Shown in pieces: positions 34,235 to 44,791 of a stretch of 64,000 nucleotides of DNA. Source of the DNA: Bryobacterales bacterium (lineage in GTDB: Bacteria > Acidobacteriota > Terriglobia > Bryobacterales > Bryobacteraceae); NCBI GenBank assembly GCA_043755435.1, contig JAYUSZ010000181.1, positions 3,228 to 67,227 of the forward strand. The letters run 5' to 3'. The notes beneath the pieces were generated by a model that did not search any database, was not told where the DNA came from, and saw only the letters and a list, made by a program, of their open reading frames with translations. A program made the position numbers and the translations under genes. Every line of letters begins with the position of its first letter. The stretch's first letter is position 1.

Positions 34235-37078
34235 CTAGAAGGTAAGCTTCAAGCCAAACTGAACCAGTCGTTGATCCAACGCTGAGGTAAAGGCTTTGGT
34301 CATCGGCGTCAGAACATTCCCTGCGGCGTCTAACGTGTTTGTGACGTTCAGCCCAGTAACATTCGTGTGGTTCAGAATATTTGTGGACTCAAAGAAAAAC
34401 TCCGGCTTCAAGCGCTCTCCAATTGGGAAGATTCGCGAGTACCGGACATTCAACTCATAAGTCGCCGGGGCCACAATTGTATTTCGCCCCACATACAGAG
34501 GACGCTGGAATGCAGCCCCTGCAGATGTGTCGCCATTCAAGATTCGGTTGCCTGCCATGTTGAAGTTCTCACCGCTTTGCGCATTAAACAACAGTGCAAC
34601 GCGATTGTTGCTCAACACATAATTGAGTGGCTTTAACGATAAGTTGGTGGTTGTGTTCCACACAAGGTTCCCATTGAATGCATGGCGGCGGTCAGTAAGT
34701 GAGTTGCCACGATCCCTGCGACGGTTGTTCACATCCGATAGAAAGTTGCCACCGGAATCAATGTTGTTCTGCTCTGGGGCATCATCAATAGAATGCGACC
34801 AGGTCCAAGTGGCGAAGGCATCCAAGCCGCGCGAAAAGCGCTTGTCATATCGCAAGTTGAAGCCATTGTAATTCGATCGGCCCACTGATTCCGCAACAAT
34901 AATATTGTTGAATGCAGGGTTGATCCGGCTCGCACCAAAAATAGTGCGGCCATCGGCCAAAGAGGAGCCGCTAGCAATCAAGTTAATGTTCCGCCATACC
35001 GGAAGCCGGTTGCCGCGGGTGTAAAGATAGGTGGCCGTAATACCCGAGTCCTTCCCAAAATCACGTGAAATTGAGGCGTTCCCGTTCATCGAATACAAGT
35101 TGGCGAAGTCCGGTGAAACAGTCAGGATGTCCTGAGGGGCAAGAACGAATCCAGTTGGCGCGGCGCTAAAAACGTTAGGGAATGCTGGAGCGAATGGCGA
35201 TGTGGGACCCACATTGATGGAGAAGAAAATAGGCGATCCATTCTGAAGAATCGACTTGCGGTACTGGTCTGTTTGGAATGGATCATAGAATACTCCGCCA
35301 CTGGCTCGCAGTACCCATTTACCCAATCCGACGGATGCCCCTAACCTTGGGGCGAAGTTATTCTTATCAGTTCGGAAACTCTTCGAGAAACTGAAAGGGG
35401 AAGAGGCGTTAGCCGCAGGAGGACTAAACACGTCGTAGCGCAATCCATAAGTCAACGTTACGTTTTTACGGGGCTTCCACGTGTCCTGGCCGTAGAATCC
35501 GGCGAATCGGGAATTGTACTTTATTGAAGGATTTCCAATAGTTTGTGCAAAAGAAGCGTAGCCTTTTGGTGTGGCACCTGAAACGGCAGCAAGATAGGCA
35601 GCAATTGTTGGGAAGGTATAAGTAGCGCTGGTTTGCTGCGTTTGGATATCGCGAATCCAACGGATGGATGTGCCCACCTTGAAGGAATGGCGATCCCGGT
35701 TGTAACTGAAATTTTCGTTGATCTCCGGAGTTTGTTCCTCATAAAGGAACCCCACATTAGGCGAGTTACCGAAGTTAGCAACCCCCGAAATGGCCAGCGT
35801 TGGCCCGGCCACATTGGCTTCAAAAGTGTTCTGTGCTTGTGTGCGGTTTGGAATTTGAATTCGTAGTTCGTTCACCGCGTTTGAGGAAATGGAAGAGATC
35901 AATTGAATGCCGCCAGCATGGGACCGATCAACGAAGTTATAGGTTTGGGATACCAGCGTAAGTCCGCCGCCATTGTTATAAGGGGAATCGTTACGATGGC
36001 CGTTGTAGCGAAGCGTAAGGCGGTTGCTCGTGTTGATCTGCCAATCAGCTTTTGCCAGGAAGAATGTCACATTCTGCTTAAAGGGGATAGCATTCGCATA
36101 GTTCGCTGGAAGTCCAAGTTGGGAAACAATGGCCGGTGTGACGGTTACGGGCTGCGGCAAATCACGGACAACTTTTTCGTAGGAACCAAAGAAGAACAAC
36201 TTGTCTTTTACAATGCGTCCACCAGCACTGGCGTTAAATGCATTTACATTCACATCTGGAGTCGGCCTGTTGAACGCAAGCAGGGCGGGCCGTGCACTGA
36301 AAGGAGTTCGGCGGAAAATATAAGCTCCGGAACCATGCAACTCATTTGAACCGGACTTAGTAATGGTGTTGAACACGCTGCCGACTGTATTTCCGAATTC
36401 TGGCGCAAATCCATTGCTGATAGTCTGCACCTCGTCAATCCATTCATTAGAAACAGGGAGCAAGCGAATCCCAGCGCGATCACTTTGGGTGTTGTTCGAC
36501 CCATCCAATTGGTAATTAATGCGCCCGTTGAAGCCATTGGCGTTCACTTTACGAGGCACGCCGAATTCGGTATTACCGCGGCCAGTAACGTTTGGTTGTT
36601 GCAGGATGAAGTTGAACGGATTGCGCGATACCAGGGGCAAATTCGCAATGACGAAGCTGGAAAGACTGCGCCCTGTATCCGTTCGGCTTGGGTCAATCAC
36701 TGCGGACGATGCGGAAACAACCACTTCGGTTGTGACACCTTTTACGTCCAGCATAATGTCCTGAGTAGCCGTAGCTCCAGCATTCAGTTCAATCCCTGTC
36801 CGTTTCACTGGGGCAAAACCGGGAGACTCTACGCGCACGTTGTAACGCCCAAGCGGCAATATGCTAAATCGGTACAAGCCGCTGGATTCAGTTTCGGTAG
36901 TCTGCGTGAATCCTGTGTTGATGTTGTCGGCAGTAACCTTGGCACTGGCAATTGGTGCACCAGTGGCATCGGTTATTGTCCCTGTGATCTGGCCGTTGAT
37001 GGCCGAAGCTTGCCCAAAGGCGATATGGGAGAAAATGGCAAGCAAGCTTGCCCCTAGTAAAACCCTGAATTGTCTCAT
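34235..37078 (-). CDS. TonB-dependent outer-membrane receptor with carboxypeptidase-regulatory-like domain
   Basis: Signal peptide ending AFGQ, GQITGTITDATGAPIASAKV, plug and barrel, terminal LKLTF. Confidence 0.85.
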   Translation of the reverse strand: MRQFRVLLGASLLAIFSHIAFGQASAINGQITGTITDATGAPIASAKVTADNINTGFTQTTETESSGLYRFSILPLGRYNVRVESPGFAPVKRTGIELNAGATATQDIMLDVKGVTTEVVVSASSAVIDPSRTDTGRSLSSFVIANLPLVSRNPFNFILQQPNVTGRGNTEFGVPRKVNANGFNGRINYQLDGSNNTQSDRAGIRLLPVSNEWIDEVQTISNGFAPEFGNTVGSVFNTITKSGSNELHGSGAYIFRRTPFSARPALLAFNRPTPDVNVNAFNASAGGRIVKDKLFFFGSYEKVVRDLPQPVTVTPAIVSQLGLPANYANAIPFKQNVTFFLAKADWQINTSNRLTLRYNGHRNDSPYNNGGGLTLVSQTYNFVDRSHAGGIQLISSISSNAVNELRIQIPNRTQAQNTFEANVAGPTLAISGVANFGNSPNVGFLYEEQTPEINENFSYNRDRHSFKVGTSIRWIRDIQTQQTSATYTFPTIAAYLAAVSGATPKGYASFAQTIGNPSIKYNSRFAGFYGQDTWKPRKNVTLTYGLRYDVFSPPAANASSPFSFSKSFRTDKNNFAPRLGASVGLGKWVLRASGGVFYDPFQTDQYRKSILQNGSPIFFSINVGPTSPFAPAFPNVFSAAPTGFVLAPQDILTVSPDFANLYSMNGNASISRDFGKDSGITATYLYTRGNRLPVWRNINLIASGSSLADGRTIFGASRINPAFNNIIVAESVGRSNYNGFNLRYDKRFSRGLDAFATWTWSHSIDDAPEQNNIDSGGNFLSDVNNRRRDRGNSLTDRRHAFNGNLVWNTTTNLSLKPLNYVLSNNRVALLFNAQSGENFNMAGNRILNGDTSAGAAFQRPLYVGRNTIVAPATYELNVRYSRIFPIGERLKPEFFFESTNILNHTNVTGLNVTNTLDAAGNVLTPMTKAFTSALDQRLVQFGLKLTF

Positions 37079-37111
37079 ACTTCATTATCAGACATTAAGA
37101 CCAATCATTCT

Positions 37112-37129
37112 GTTACTTATGTTACTTAT
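37112..37129. repeat. Tandem 9-bp direct repeat in divergent promoter region
   Basis: GTTACTTAT GTTACTTAT, between the receptor start (37078, minus) and the dnaE start (37212, plus). Confidence 0.8.
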
Positions 37130-37211
37130 GGCTTGGAACTCAATCACTTGCCGGACAAGTATTTTTTAGATGATGGAGTAGCCAAGGAAGCCTTATACTG
37201 GACTTCTGGCC

Positions 37212-40200
37212 ATGTCCGACGCTCCTTTTGTTCACCTGCACTGTCATACCGATTATTCTCTGCTTGACGGAGCTTGCGAAATCTCTCAACTGATGGATCT
37301 TGCAGCCGAGCAGAAAATGCCTGCGGTCGCAATGACGGACCATGGCAACTTGTTCGGGGCCGTGGAGTTCTACAACACAGCCAAAGCTAAGGGCGTTCAT
37401 CCCGTAATCGGCTGCGAAGTTTACGTCAATTCGAAATCGTACAAGACGCGCGACGATTCCGACCGCTACAACCATCTGGTTCTGCTTGCTGAAAATCAGG
37501 AGGGTTACAAGAACCTTCTGAAGTTGGTATCAACCGGTTATTTGGAAGGCTTCTATTACAAGCCGCGAGTAGACAAAGACCTGCTGGCGCAATACTCAAA
37601 GGGCATCATCGCCATGTCGGCGTGTCTTCGTGGTGACGTCAATGAAGCGCTACTCGCCGATAAGTACAAGCAGGGTCAGGAACTGGCTTACCAGTATCGC
37701 GACATCTACGGCAAAGACAATTTTTTCCTGGAAATTCAGGATCACGGTATGGAGCAGGATAAGCGTCTGGTGCCGCTGGTGAATCGCCTGGCTAAGGAAA
37801 TGGGCGTGCCGCTGGTGGCCACCAACGACGCGCATTACCTGCGCAAAGACGATGCCCGTGCCCACGAAATTTTGATGTGCATCTCCACCGGCAAAACGAT
37901 TACTGACCCAAATCGTATGCGCTTCGATCATCCGGAATTTTATATGAAAACCCGGAAGGAGATGGAAGCGATTTTCGGGGACTATCCGCAGGCCCTCGAT
38001 TCCACTTGGGAGATCGCCCAACGCTGCCAAGTGAAGATGGAAAAGGTGAAGGATCCATTCCCTCGCTTCGATGTTCCGCCCGAACATAACATTGATTCCT
38101 ACTTCGAATACGCCTGCCGTCAAGGATTTGAAAAACGGCGTCCGCGCCTGGAAGCCATGGCTGCGCGAGGTACACTCCGCGAACCCTTAGGCGCATACGC
38201 TGATCGTTTGGATCGGGAAATCCAGATGATTCAGAAGATGAAGTTCTCTGGCTACTTCTTAATTGTTTGGGACTTTATTCGCTTTGCTAAATCACGCAGC
38301 ATTCCTGTTGGTCCTGGACGTGGCTCCGCAGCGGGATCACTGGTTAGCTATGCAATGGAAATCACTGATATAGACCCGTTGCAGTATGGTCTGCTGTTTG
38401 AGCGGTTCCTGAATCCGGAACGCATCAGTATGCCTGATGTGGATACGGACTTCTGCCCGCGCGGCCGCGGTGAAGTGATTCAATACGTCACAGAAAAGTA
38501 CGGGCGTGAACAGGTAGCGCAAATTATCACCTTTGGAACATTGAGTTCCAAGGCTGCATTGAAAGACGTTGGCCGCGTGCTGGACATGACCTTTGCCGAA
38601 GTGGACAAGCTGACCAAGATGGTTCCACCCACTTTGAACATCAAGCTGAAGGATGCGTTTGCGCAAGAACCAGGGTTTGAAACGGAAGCCAAACGCGACC
38701 CCCGTGTGCGTGAGGTTCTGAACGTAGCACTGAAGCTGGAAGGCATGTCGCGCAATGCATCGGTGCATGCTGCTGGAGTGGTAATTTCGCCGCAGCCTCT
38801 GCGCGAAATTGTTCCGCTGTACAAGACAAACAAAGACGAAGTTGTAACCCAGTATGATATGAACGGGCTTGATAAATTGTCCCTTCTGAAGTTCGACTTC
38901 CTGGGTTTGACAACGCTTTCCATCGTTGCCGATGCGTTGAAGCTGATTGAAAAAACTACTGGACAGCTTTTTCAGATTGAAGATTTTCCGTTGGATGACG
39001 AGAAGACTTACGGGATCTTCAGCAAAGGCTTTACCTCAGGCGTTTTCCAGTTTGAATCTCCCGGCATGCGGGACATTCTGCGCCGCTATCAGCCGGAACG
39101 AATTGAAGATTTGTGCGCACTGAACGCACTGTACCGCCCTGGTCCAATTCAAGGTGGAATGATTGACGATTTCATTGCCCGCAAGTTGGGCAAGAAGGCG
39201 ATTGTTTACGATCTTCCGCAGTTGGAACCGCTGCTGAATGAAACCTACGGTGTGATTGTGTATCAGGAACAAGTGATGCAGATCTCGAACGTATTGGCGG
39301 GTTATTCACTTGGGGACGCCGACATTCTGCGCCGCGCCATGGGCAAGAAGAATGCCGACGAAATGGAGAAGCAGAAGGTCCGTTTCCTCATCGGTGCTAA
39401 TGCAAACGGCCACAACGCGAAGAAGTCGGAAAAGATTTTCGACCTAATGGCGCAGTTTGCCGGCTATGGATTCAACAAGTCGCACTCAGCGGCTTATGCT
39501 TACATGGCCTATGTAACGGCCTACCTAAAAGCACATTACCCAGTTGAATTCATGTCGGCTCTGCTGACCTCGGAAACAGGCAACACGGCGAAAGTTGTGA
39601 AGTACATTAACGAATGCCGCGATATGGGCATCATCGTAAAACCGCCTGATGTGAACTCTTCCGATTTCAACTTCACTCCAGATGGTCCAGCGATTCGCTT
39701 CGGGCTTGGCGCGATTAAGAATTTGGGCCAAGGCGCGGTGGAAGCAATCATCAAGGCTCGCAATGAAGTGGGCAAGTTCACTTCACTATTTGAATTCTGC
39801 GACAAAGTGAGTTTAGGGGCTTTGAACAAACGAGCGATTGAAAGCCTGATCAAGGCTGGGGCGATGGACGCACTGGAAGGAAATCGTGCGCAGCAGTGGG
39901 CCATATTAGATCGGGCGATTGAGCACGGTACCCGGTCGCAGAAGGATCGCGAAAGCGGCCAAACCGGCCTGTTTGGCGATATGTTTGCTGCTGAGTCAGA
40001 AACGCCAGAGAAGCTGCCCGATGTTCCTGACTGGAATTCATTTGAGATGCTAGGCGGCGAGAAAGAAATGATCGGTTTCTATGTTACTGGTCATCCGCTA
40101 GACCAATATATGGATAAGGTCCGGGAGTTGCGCACACACGAAACGGATCAATTGGAAGGCTTGGCGAAAGGTACGGAAGTGGCAATGTGCTGCATCCTTA

Positions 40201-40682
40201 CTGGCATCAACCGGCGGCGGAATAAGGATGGCAAACGGTGGGCGTCTATGTTGCTGGAAGATCATAAGGGTGCGCTGGAAGCAATGGTGTTTGCTTCCTC
40301 CTTTGAATCGGTGATGGGCTCACTCTTTGAAGATAAAGCAATGCTGGTGCGTGGAGTGGTGATGCCTGAAGAGGGTGCTCTTTCCAAGATAAGCATTAAG
40401 GATGTTATAGCTCTGGAAAACGCCCGAGTTAATCTTCCGAGTATGATTTCCATCCGCGTACGAGTGAATGGCGCAGGCGGCGAAGACGAAACGATAGCCC
40501 CCAAACTTGCGGATCTATTTAGCCGTAAGCCCGGTGGGGCCGAGGTTCGATTGAAAATAGACAAGTCCAAAGATTTTTCGGTGATGATGGACTTGCATAC
40601 CAAGGTGAGAGCGGATAAGGAATTCAAGGCGGAGCTTGAGAGGATCTGCGGGCCGGACAGTTTAGAAATCATGTCCATGTAG
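37212..40682 (+). CDS. dnaE: DNA polymerase III alpha subunit
   Basis: The PHP domain start FVHLHCHTDYSLLDGA, the polymerase core and the OB-fold are conserved throughout; 1156 aa. Confidence 0.97.
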   Translation: MSDAPFVHLHCHTDYSLLDGACEISQLMDLAAEQKMPAVAMTDHGNLFGAVEFYNTAKAKGVHPVIGCEVYVNSKSYKTRDDSDRYNHLVLLAENQEGYKNLLKLVSTGYLEGFYYKPRVDKDLLAQYSKGIIAMSACLRGDVNEALLADKYKQGQELAYQYRDIYGKDNFFLEIQDHGMEQDKRLVPLVNRLAKEMGVPLVATNDAHYLRKDDARAHEILMCISTGKTITDPNRMRFDHPEFYMKTRKEMEAIFGDYPQALDSTWEIAQRCQVKMEKVKDPFPRFDVPPEHNIDSYFEYACRQGFEKRRPRLEAMAARGTLREPLGAYADRLDREIQMIQKMKFSGYFLIVWDFIRFAKSRSIPVGPGRGSAAGSLVSYAMEITDIDPLQYGLLFERFLNPERISMPDVDTDFCPRGRGEVIQYVTEKYGREQVAQIITFGTLSSKAALKDVGRVLDMTFAEVDKLTKMVPPTLNIKLKDAFAQEPGFETEAKRDPRVREVLNVALKLEGMSRNASVHAAGVVISPQPLREIVPLYKTNKDEVVTQYDMNGLDKLSLLKFDFLGLTTLSIVADALKLIEKTTGQLFQIEDFPLDDEKTYGIFSKGFTSGVFQFESPGMRDILRRYQPERIEDLCALNALYRPGPIQGGMIDDFIARKLGKKAIVYDLPQLEPLLNETYGVIVYQEQVMQISNVLAGYSLGDADILRRAMGKKNADEMEKQKVRFLIGANANGHNAKKSEKIFDLMAQFAGYGFNKSHSAAYAYMAYVTAYLKAHYPVEFMSALLTSETGNTAKVVKYINECRDMGIIVKPPDVNSSDFNFTPDGPAIRFGLGAIKNLGQGAVEAIIKARNEVGKFTSLFEFCDKVSLGALNKRAIESLIKAGAMDALEGNRAQQWAILDRAIEHGTRSQKDRESGQTGLFGDMFAAESETPEKLPDVPDWNSFEMLGGEKEMIGFYVTGHPLDQYMDKVRELRTHETDQLEGLAKGTEVAMCCILTGINRRRNKDGKRWASMLLEDHKGALEAMVFASSFESVMGSLFEDKAMLVRGVVMPEEGALSKISIKDVIALENARVNLPSMISIRVRVNGAGGEDETIAPKLADLFSRKPGGAEVRLKIDKSKDFSVMMDLHTKVRADKEFKAELERICGPDSLEIMSM

Positions 40683-40718
40683 GATTGCACAGGAATCCTA
40701 CATAGACCTGGAGTTAGT

Positions 40719-42044
40719 TTACTTTTCAACCAGTCGACCGCTGGGGTTGAACTCGATGATTCGATCCAACTTGATATAGCGCCATTTCTCTGAATTATTC
40801 CTATATACTTCTTTCTCGTCCGATGGACCCAATTGAATGTAAATCCGTCCACGGTCTGTCCGCCACCCACTTGTACCAGCTTCGCCGAAACGTTCGTTGG
40901 AATAGAAAATGCGACGATAGTGTTCTTCTTTATACTCATTCTCCATAGTGCCGGGACTGGGATCACGACGAAGCCAAAACTGCTCAATGAATTTTTCGTA
41001 CTCGGCGTCAGCCTTTAGTGAGAGGAATTGTTGGCGTTCTGCGGGCTCAATGATGTAGACCACGTCTTCGTTCAACCATTTTTGATATGGCCCTGAGGTT
41101 GATTGAGATTGAGCCCGGACTCCAGGCGATAGAAAGAGAGTGCCAATGGCCAAAGCCAGCACAACAAGCGCGGCAAGAGGATGGCCATTGCGGCGAGGTG
41201 GTTCCAGCAAGCGACGAACACGGCTGGTAAGGTCGCTACCATTCGCCCCCAAGGTTGCCAGTTCTCCGTGTCGGTATTCTTCAAAGCTCAACAGAGCTTT
41301 GACGTATTGGGCGCGTTCCCCGTGAATGGCTACTGCTAAATCGTCACAGCAATGCTCCCGTTCAAGGCGAATCACGGAAGAGATCCACCATACTGCCGGA
41401 TGATAGAACAGCGTGGTTTCAATCAGCAACTGGAACCAATTGACCAGATAGTCATGACGAGCAATATGCGCCAGTTCGTGGGCAATCACTGCTTCTATGT
41501 GATTCGGCGGAGTGCTGGTTAGCGAACCCAAGGGGAGCAAAATTACAGGCTTCAGCCAGCCGATAACCGTCGGAACACTAACTCGGGCTGACTCAAGAAA
41601 ACGTACTCGGCGGCGAACGCCGATACGCGCTGATACACTTTGCCAACGATCCACCACCTCTCTGCCACCAGATTTAAGACGATGGATGGCTATGGCTCCG
41701 GCAACGAGCCGTAGAGAGAACAGCGAGACCCCAATCATCCAAAACCAGGGTACCCATTCAAGCAAAAGGGAGGTGCTATTGACAGGCGATTCTATGTTGC
41801 CGCTTGGCAGCAAATCTACCCAGTGCTCGACAGTTGCAGGCGTGGTGCTTGGGCTGGCTGCGATTCTTGCATATGTGAGCAGGGGCACGATTGACAAGAA
41901 AAGAAGTGTTGCGCACGCAAGCGCATAGCGTAACTTCGTTGTGCGGTTGTCGAGCATCGCCAGCACTAAGGCAAGAAGTCCCGCCAAAATTGGGGCTTGC
42001 CAAACAAAGTGGATTAGTGTCCAAGCAAGTGTTTCCATTGTCAT
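40719..42044 (-). CDS. BlaR1-like M56 peptidase/signal transducer with C-terminal GWxTD domain
   Basis: N-terminal TM helices, HELAHIARHD zinc motif and a C-terminal domain with ...SGWRTDRGRIYI... (GWxTD). ATGA overlap with the upstream repressor gene. Confidence 0.8.
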   Translation of the reverse strand: MTMETLAWTLIHFVWQAPILAGLLALVLAMLDNRTTKLRYALACATLLFLSIVPLLTYARIAASPSTTPATVEHWVDLLPSGNIESPVNSTSLLLEWVPWFWMIGVSLFSLRLVAGAIAIHRLKSGGREVVDRWQSVSARIGVRRRVRFLESARVSVPTVIGWLKPVILLPLGSLTSTPPNHIEAVIAHELAHIARHDYLVNWFQLLIETTLFYHPAVWWISSVIRLEREHCCDDLAVAIHGERAQYVKALLSFEEYRHGELATLGANGSDLTSRVRRLLEPPRRNGHPLAALVVLALAIGTLFLSPGVRAQSQSTSGPYQKWLNEDVVYIIEPAERQQFLSLKADAEYEKFIEQFWLRRDPSPGTMENEYKEEHYRRIFYSNERFGEAGTSGWRTDRGRIYIQLGPSDEKEVYRNNSEKWRYIKLDRIIEFNPSGRLVEK

Positions 42045-42496
42045 TTTAGATTCTCCTTTTCGAAACGATTCAAGATTTCACGAATCTCCGCCAATTCCTT
42101 CGGCGACGCTTTCCGCGCGGCCAATGCCTGCTGCACCATTTGAGCAGCTGAGTTTTCAAACGCCTTCTCCAAAAGATCCTTCATCAGTTGTCCTTGTGTT
42201 TGAATACGCGCGGCGCGCGGCCTGTAAACATGGGCCCTTTCTGATTCGTCTCGCTGCAGCAGTCCCTTTTCAGACATGATTTGCATCAGCTTAAGAACAG
42301 TTGTATAGCCGGTGCTCTGGTCAAGCTGATCGTGGACACTGCGAACTGTGGCCGGTCCTATGCGCCATAGGACTGCGAGGATTTCCAGTTCGCCAGCGGT
42401 AGGTTTTGGTAGCTTCACCTTGCCAGCATATACGAAGCTCTTCGTAGTGTCAACGAATTTCTTCGTAGATGAGTGTACCATCGGGGTTTCAATCAT
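42041..42496 (-). CDS. BlaI/MecI/CopY-family transcriptional repressor
   Basis: GELEILAVLWRIGPATVRSVHDQL...GYTTVLKLMQIMSEKGLLQRDE winged-helix pattern. Confidence 0.85.
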   Translation of the reverse strand: MIETPMVHSSTKKFVDTTKSFVYAGKVKLPKPTAGELEILAVLWRIGPATVRSVHDQLDQSTGYTTVLKLMQIMSEKGLLQRDESERAHVYRPRAARIQTQGQLMKDLLEKAFENSAAQMVQQALAARKASPKELAEIREILNRFEKENLK

Positions 42497-42524
42497 CTGC
42501 TAGACTAGACTGAACCTAAGAATC

Positions 42525-43142
42525 ATGTATTCCAAACTAATTTTATTCTTGGCTGTGGGCCTGTTTGTTCTTCTTACAAGTTGCGGGGAAGAGCCTAAAA
42601 AGGTCGAAAAGCCCAAAAAGGTCCCTGAACCTGTTTCAGCGTTGAAGGCCTTTTACGCCGTTTTCGGTAACGCCCGTTCCTGGGGTACCGATCTACAGGT
42701 GCTGAAGATAAAAAGTATTGATATCGATGACAAGCACATGTGCAAGGAAGGGAAATGCTGGGCTTGGGCTGTGTCCTTGGTCTCACCGTCAAAAGGGAAG
42801 TTGAAGAGTTTTACTTATTCTGTGATTGAAGCAGAGGGGAACTTGCATGAAGGGGTTTTCGGCGGTCTTGAGGAAAATTGGCGAGGTCCGCGTGGCCGGG
42901 AAAAGCCATTCCTAATGCAAGCTTTAATGCATGACTCAACGGATGCATACAAAGTGGCCGCAGGCAAATCCGCGGACTACATGAAGAAGCATCCAAATGT
43001 CCCAGTTACATACGAAGTCAGCTTGACCCCAGAACATGGGCAGCCGGTCTACCGCGTGATTTGGGGAGAGTCGGTATCAACCAGCGACTATTCGATTTTA
43101 GTCGATACGGCGACCGGCACATATACCGAAACACTTCACTAA
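42525..43142 (+). CDS. Hypothetical lipoprotein
   Basis: Lipobox-like LLTSC after a hydrophobic leader; I recognised no family. Confidence 0.5.
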   Translation: MYSKLILFLAVGLFVLLTSCGEEPKKVEKPKKVPEPVSALKAFYAVFGNARSWGTDLQVLKIKSIDIDDKHMCKEGKCWAWAVSLVSPSKGKLKSFTYSVIEAEGNLHEGVFGGLEENWRGPRGREKPFLMQALMHDSTDAYKVAAGKSADYMKKHPNVPVTYEVSLTPEHGQPVYRVIWGESVSTSDYSILVDTATGTYTETLH

Positions 43143-43145
43143 GCA

Positions 43146-44084
43146 ATGTTGACGAATACGGACATTCAGGCAGCACGGCAGCGTATTGCGGGAATCGCCA
43201 AAGTCACACCTGTGCTCACTTGCAGTAGCTTCAACGTGAAAGCGGGTGTGCAAGTTTTCTTTAAATGCGAGAATTTTCAACTTGGCGGAGCCTTCAAAAT
43301 CCGTGGAGCTTCAAACTTTATAAATTCAATTCCCAAGGATAAACTGTCTCGCGGGGTTGTTGCATTTTCCTCAGGCAATCATGCACAAGCAGTAGCGATT
43401 GCCGCACTGCTAGCAGGAACCCACGCCACAGTAGTGATGCCCGAAGATGCACCCAAGGCAAAGGCTGACGCTACCGCAGCCAGGGGGGCGCGGATTGTTC
43501 GATATAACCGGTTCCTTGAGGACCGCGAAGCATTAGCTGCAAAGGTATCGCAAGAAACAGGTGGTGAAACAGTGCCTCCTTTTGATCATCCATTAATCAT
43601 GGCCGGACAAGGAACCGCTGCGGCAGAATTACTGGAACAAGTCAGTAATCTTGACGCAGTGATAACTCCAGTTGGCGGAGGTGGCTTGCTAAGCGGGACA
43701 GCGATTGCGGTGAAAGCGGCGAACCCACGATTGCGAGTATTCGGAGCTGAACCTGCGCTTGCCAACGACACTTGGCTTTCCCTCCAAAAGGGTTCCATTG
43801 TTACTATCCCTGCACCAGAAACTGTTGCCGATGGCTTGCGTGCTCCTGCTCCAGGAAAACTTACTTTTCCTATCATTCAAGAACATGTAGAAGAAATTCT
43901 TCTGGTAACAGAGGAAGAGATTCTTGCGGCTATGAAATTCCTGCTGGAGCGCATGAAGATCCTTGTTGAGCCAAGTGGCGCTGTACCAGCCGCTGCTGTC
44001 CTATTCAACAAATTGCCAGCGGGCATTGGTCGAGTTGGAGTAATTCTCTCAGGCGGGAACGTCGATTTTCCGCTTCCCTTTTAA
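43146..44084 (+). CDS. PLP-dependent threonine/serine dehydratase (serine-racemase-like fold type II)
   Basis: FFKCENFQLGGAFKIRGA (PLP-lysine motif), SSGNHAQA and the GGGGL loop. Confidence 0.85.
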   Translation: MLTNTDIQAARQRIAGIAKVTPVLTCSSFNVKAGVQVFFKCENFQLGGAFKIRGASNFINSIPKDKLSRGVVAFSSGNHAQAVAIAALLAGTHATVVMPEDAPKAKADATAARGARIVRYNRFLEDREALAAKVSQETGGETVPPFDHPLIMAGQGTAAAELLEQVSNLDAVITPVGGGGLLSGTAIAVKAANPRLRVFGAEPALANDTWLSLQKGSIVTIPAPETVADGLRAPAPGKLTFPIIQEHVEEILLVTEEEILAAMKFLLERMKILVEPSGAVPAAAVLFNKLPAGIGRVGVILSGGNVDFPLPF

Positions 44085-44134
44085 GAAGTGAGCATCGTCT
44101 GACGCTCATCGTCGTTTCACGATAGAATCATTTC

Positions 44135-44728
44135 TTGCGCTTCATATGCACACTGTTGTTGTCTGCGGCCCCGTCATTTGCCGTCGACTACGCTGCCTGG
44201 GCAGGCCGGAACAATACAGGTTCGTGGACGAAAGCAACTGAAGACGCGGTGACCGAAGTGGGACTTCCCGCAACAACACCGTCTGATGTAACTAAATTCT
44301 GCCCAAATTATCATACCCTTGCTGCGTCGGACCGGAGAAAGTTTTGGGTTGGCTTGCTGTCAGCCATCGCTCGTCCAGAGAGCGGCTTTAATCCAACAAT
44401 CCGGCATGTTGAAAAGTTTGGGGACAAGTTTGAAAGTCCAGCAATCAGCCGGGGTTTGCTGCAGATTTCATTTGCCACCGCAATGGCACCTCGTTATGGG
44501 TGCAGCGTGCAGAAGGCATCAGACTTGGAGAAAGCGGAAAAGAATTTGGCCTGTGGTGCACGGATCCTTTCCAATTGGGTTAAGCACGATGGCACAATCG
44601 CCAACTTCGGCACTTCCAAGTCGAAAGGCGGGGCTCGCGCGTGGCCAGTTTTGAGAGAAAAAAACAGCAGATTTCCAGCCATAACGAGGTTTACAAAGCA
44701 GCTCCCTTTTTGCGTTTCTGCGAAGTAA
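44135..44728 (+). CDS. Lytic-transglycosylase-like (SLT domain) protein
   Basis: TTG start, signal-like leader, ARPESGFNP (catalytic Glu-Ser) and RGLLQIS motifs. This assignment is tentative. Confidence 0.45.
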   Translation: MRFICTLLLSAAPSFAVDYAAWAGRNNTGSWTKATEDAVTEVGLPATTPSDVTKFCPNYHTLAASDRRKFWVGLLSAIARPESGFNPTIRHVEKFGDKFESPAISRGLLQISFATAMAPRYGCSVQKASDLEKAEKNLACGARILSNWVKHDGTIANFGTSKSKGGARAWPVLREKNSRFPAITRFTKQLPFCVSAK

Positions 44729-44791
44729 ACATTTTTCGATCTTCCTCGGTTTCTTATACAACTGAAATGAACCGGCGCTAAACTAGCTGGT

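Noticed and set aside
40262-40987. 241-aa minus-strand ORF spanning the end of dnaE and the end of the BlaR1-like gene
   Set aside because: It is antisense to dnaE for most of its length and out of frame with the M56 gene. It has no motifs, and both overlapping genes are well supported.
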